Of a stretch of 64,000 nucleotides of DNA, positions 62,547-64,000 are shown piece by piece; within the stretch, counting starts at the first letter, position 1, and each line of letters opens with the position of its first letter. This stretch comes from Eubacteriales bacterium (GTDB lineage: Bacteria; Bacillota; Clostridia; Oscillospirales; JAAYXM01). The notes beneath the pieces were generated by a model. It ran no database searches, was not told where the DNA came from, and saw nothing but the letters and a program-made list of their open reading frames with translations. The stretch is taken from NCBI GenBank assembly GCA_045595365.1, contig JAZOAI010000028.1, forward strand, positions 14,621 through 78,620, in the 5' to 3' direction. Position numbers and translations under genes: made by a program.

Positions 62547-64000
62547 TTACTTTACAAGCTTCTTTGCTGTGTTGACGACGTTTTCAACAGTGAAGCCGAA
62601 CTTCGGGAAGAGCTTTGCATACGGAGCTGATGCACCGAAGCCGTTCATGCAGATTTTTGCGCCATCAAGACCGACGTATCGGTCAAGGCCGAAGCCGCAG
62701 CCTGCCTCGACGAATACACGAGCGCGGATGCTCTTCGGGATAACGCTTTCGCGGTAAGCTTCATCCTGCATCTCAAAGAGAGCAACAGACGGCATACTTA
62801 CAACTCTTGCTGCGATGCCAGAAGCTGCAAGCTCGTCATATGCCTTATAAGCAAGCTCAAGCTCAGAGCCTGAAGCGATAAGGATAACCTTTGCATCCTT
62901 GCTGTCGCGGACAACATATCCGCCTTTGAGTGCGCCGCGGCCTGTCTCCTCGTAGTACGGGAGGTTCTGGCGGGTTACTGCGATACCGACCGGGTTCTTA
63001 CCGTTTGTAACTGCATAGTACCATGCAGCAGCAGTTTCGTGGCCGTCTGCCGGGCGGAAGTCAACAAAGCCGGGGATAGAGCGCATCGCTGCAAGCTGCT
63101 CGATGGGCTGGTGAGTCGGGCCGTCTTCTCCGACGCCGATAGAGTCGTGAGAGAAAACATATGTAACCGGAAGCTCCATAAGAGCTGAAAGGCGCATAGC
63201 GGGCTTTACATAGTCAGAGAAAACGAAGAATGTAGCAACAAACGGATGGATTCCGCCGTAAGCTGCCATAGCGTTTGCGATAGCACCCATAGCGTGTTCG
63301 CGGACACCGAAATGGATATTTCTGCCTGCATAGTCATCCTTCGAGAAATCGCCGCCATCCTTGATGTTTGTCTTGTTAGACGGAGCAAGGTCAGCAGAAC
63401 CGCCGAAGAGGTTCGGCATAATCTTTGCGAGGCGGTTGATCATCTCGCCGGAGAGGTTACGGGTCGCATTTGCTTTATTCTCAAAGCCCCAGAACTCGTC
63501 AGAATCAAGCTTTGCCATATCGAGCTTTCCGGACATGAGAGCTTCCCATTCCTTTGCAAGCTCAGGATATGCCTTTGCGTACTCTGCAAAGAGCTTGTTC
63601 CACTCGTCTTCGTTCTTGTTGAGGTTCCCTACTACCTCTGACATATGAGCGCGAACTTCGTCTGACACGAAGAACTCGTCTGCCGGAGCGCCGAGGTTTT
63701 CCTTAAGAGCTGCAAGCTTCTCAGCACCGAGAGCTTCTCCGTGAACCTGGCTTGTGCCTGCATTCGGAGCGCCGTATCCGATTGTGGTTGTAATCTTGAT
63801 AAGGGTAGGCTTCGACTTTTCTGCCTTTGCCTCGTCGATAGCTGCCGCGATAACGTCTGTATCGTTGCCGTCGGAAACCGTGAGGGTCTGCCAGCCGTAG
63901 GCTTCAAAGCGAGCGCAGACATCTTCTGTGAATGCGATGTCGGTGCTGCCTTCGATTGTGATTGAGTTTGAGTCATAAAGAACTATGAGCTTTCCGAGGC
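62547..64000 (-). CDS. tkt: Transketolase (5'-truncated by the window edge)
   Basis: The same frame stays open from 63668 to the window end (…LIVLYDSNSITIEGSTDIAFTEDV…GYGAPNAGTSQVHGEALG…). The downstream part has GVREHAMGAI and SHDSIGVGEDGPTHQPIE. The ORF-track start at 63668 is only the first in-frame GTG. Confidence 0.9.
   Translation of the reverse strand, partial: LGKLIVLYDSNSITIEGSTDIAFTEDVCARFEAYGWQTLTVSDGNDTDVIAAAIDEAKAEKSKPTLIKITTTIGYGAPNAGTSQVHGEALGAEKLAALKENLGAPADEFFVSDEVRAHMSEVVGNLNKNEDEWNKLFAEYAKAYPELAKEWEALMSGKLDMAKLDSDEFWGFENKANATRNLSGEMINRLAKIMPNLFGGSADLAPSNKTNIKDGGDFSKDDYAGRNIHFGVREHAMGAIANAMAAYGGIHPFVATFFVFSDYVKPAMRLSALMELPVTYVFSHDSIGVGEDGPTHQPIEQLAAMRSIPGFVDFRPADGHETAAAWYYAVTNGKNPVGIAVTRQNLPYYEETGRGALKGGYVVRDSKDAKVILIASGSELELAYKAYDELAASGIAARVVSMPSVALFEMQDEAYRESVIPKSIRARVFVEAGCGFGLDRYVGLDGAKICMNGFGASAPYAKLFPKFGFTVENVVNTAKKLVK

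Overview
This 64-kb window looks like a Clostridia-type (Firmicutes) chromosome; the taxon is inferred only from gene content and RBS/terminator style. Two GC-richer core blocks flank an AT-rich accessory block. Core block 1 (1-5.6 kb) carries gdhA, a CapA-like gene, a Na/Pi-PhoU transporter and a Cu/Zn-SOD-like gene. Core block 2 (38.8-64 kb) carries ssrA (tmRNA), an esterase, smpB, tRNA-Leu(CAA), an XRE regulator, gap, an Fe/B12-type ABC importer, uxuA, an RluA-family synthase, and the aromatic amino-acid operon pheA-aroC-aroA-aroB-tyrA-DAHP synthase. It continues with DUF975, VanW, metG, a small RHH gene plus a RAYT-like transposase, rnpB, LysM-GH18, rpmE, ung and a partial tkt. Between the blocks lies a ~30.5-kb integrative mobilizable element (about 8.2-38.7 kb) abutting the 3' end of ssrA. 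Its backbone is a large serine recombinase, ParB-like protein, relaxase, MobC and TnpV. Its cargo has three notable parts. (1) A two-gene cassette of an ABC-type ATPase fused to a SAM-methyltransferase fold plus a SAMHD1-like HD phosphohydrolase; I consider this the best candidate for an undescribed anti-phage system. (2) A tyrosine recombinase followed by perfect 23-bp inverted repeats around a 205-bp promoter-bearing segment, which looks like an invertible switch. (3) Downstream of that switch, a four-gene cohesin/dockerin/SLH giant surface-protein locus. A Cys-rich terminal gene may be DUF4238-like. Other oddities are a low-GC two-gene islet (5.8-7.4 kb), a dense stem-loop cluster at the left junction, a ~100-bp module repeated at 7.9 kb and 40.9 kb, an iteron-like AATATCNCT array after tRNA-Leu, and 26-bp perfect inverted repeats inside the RAYT-like gene. 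All homology calls rest on motifs read from the translations; no database search was run.
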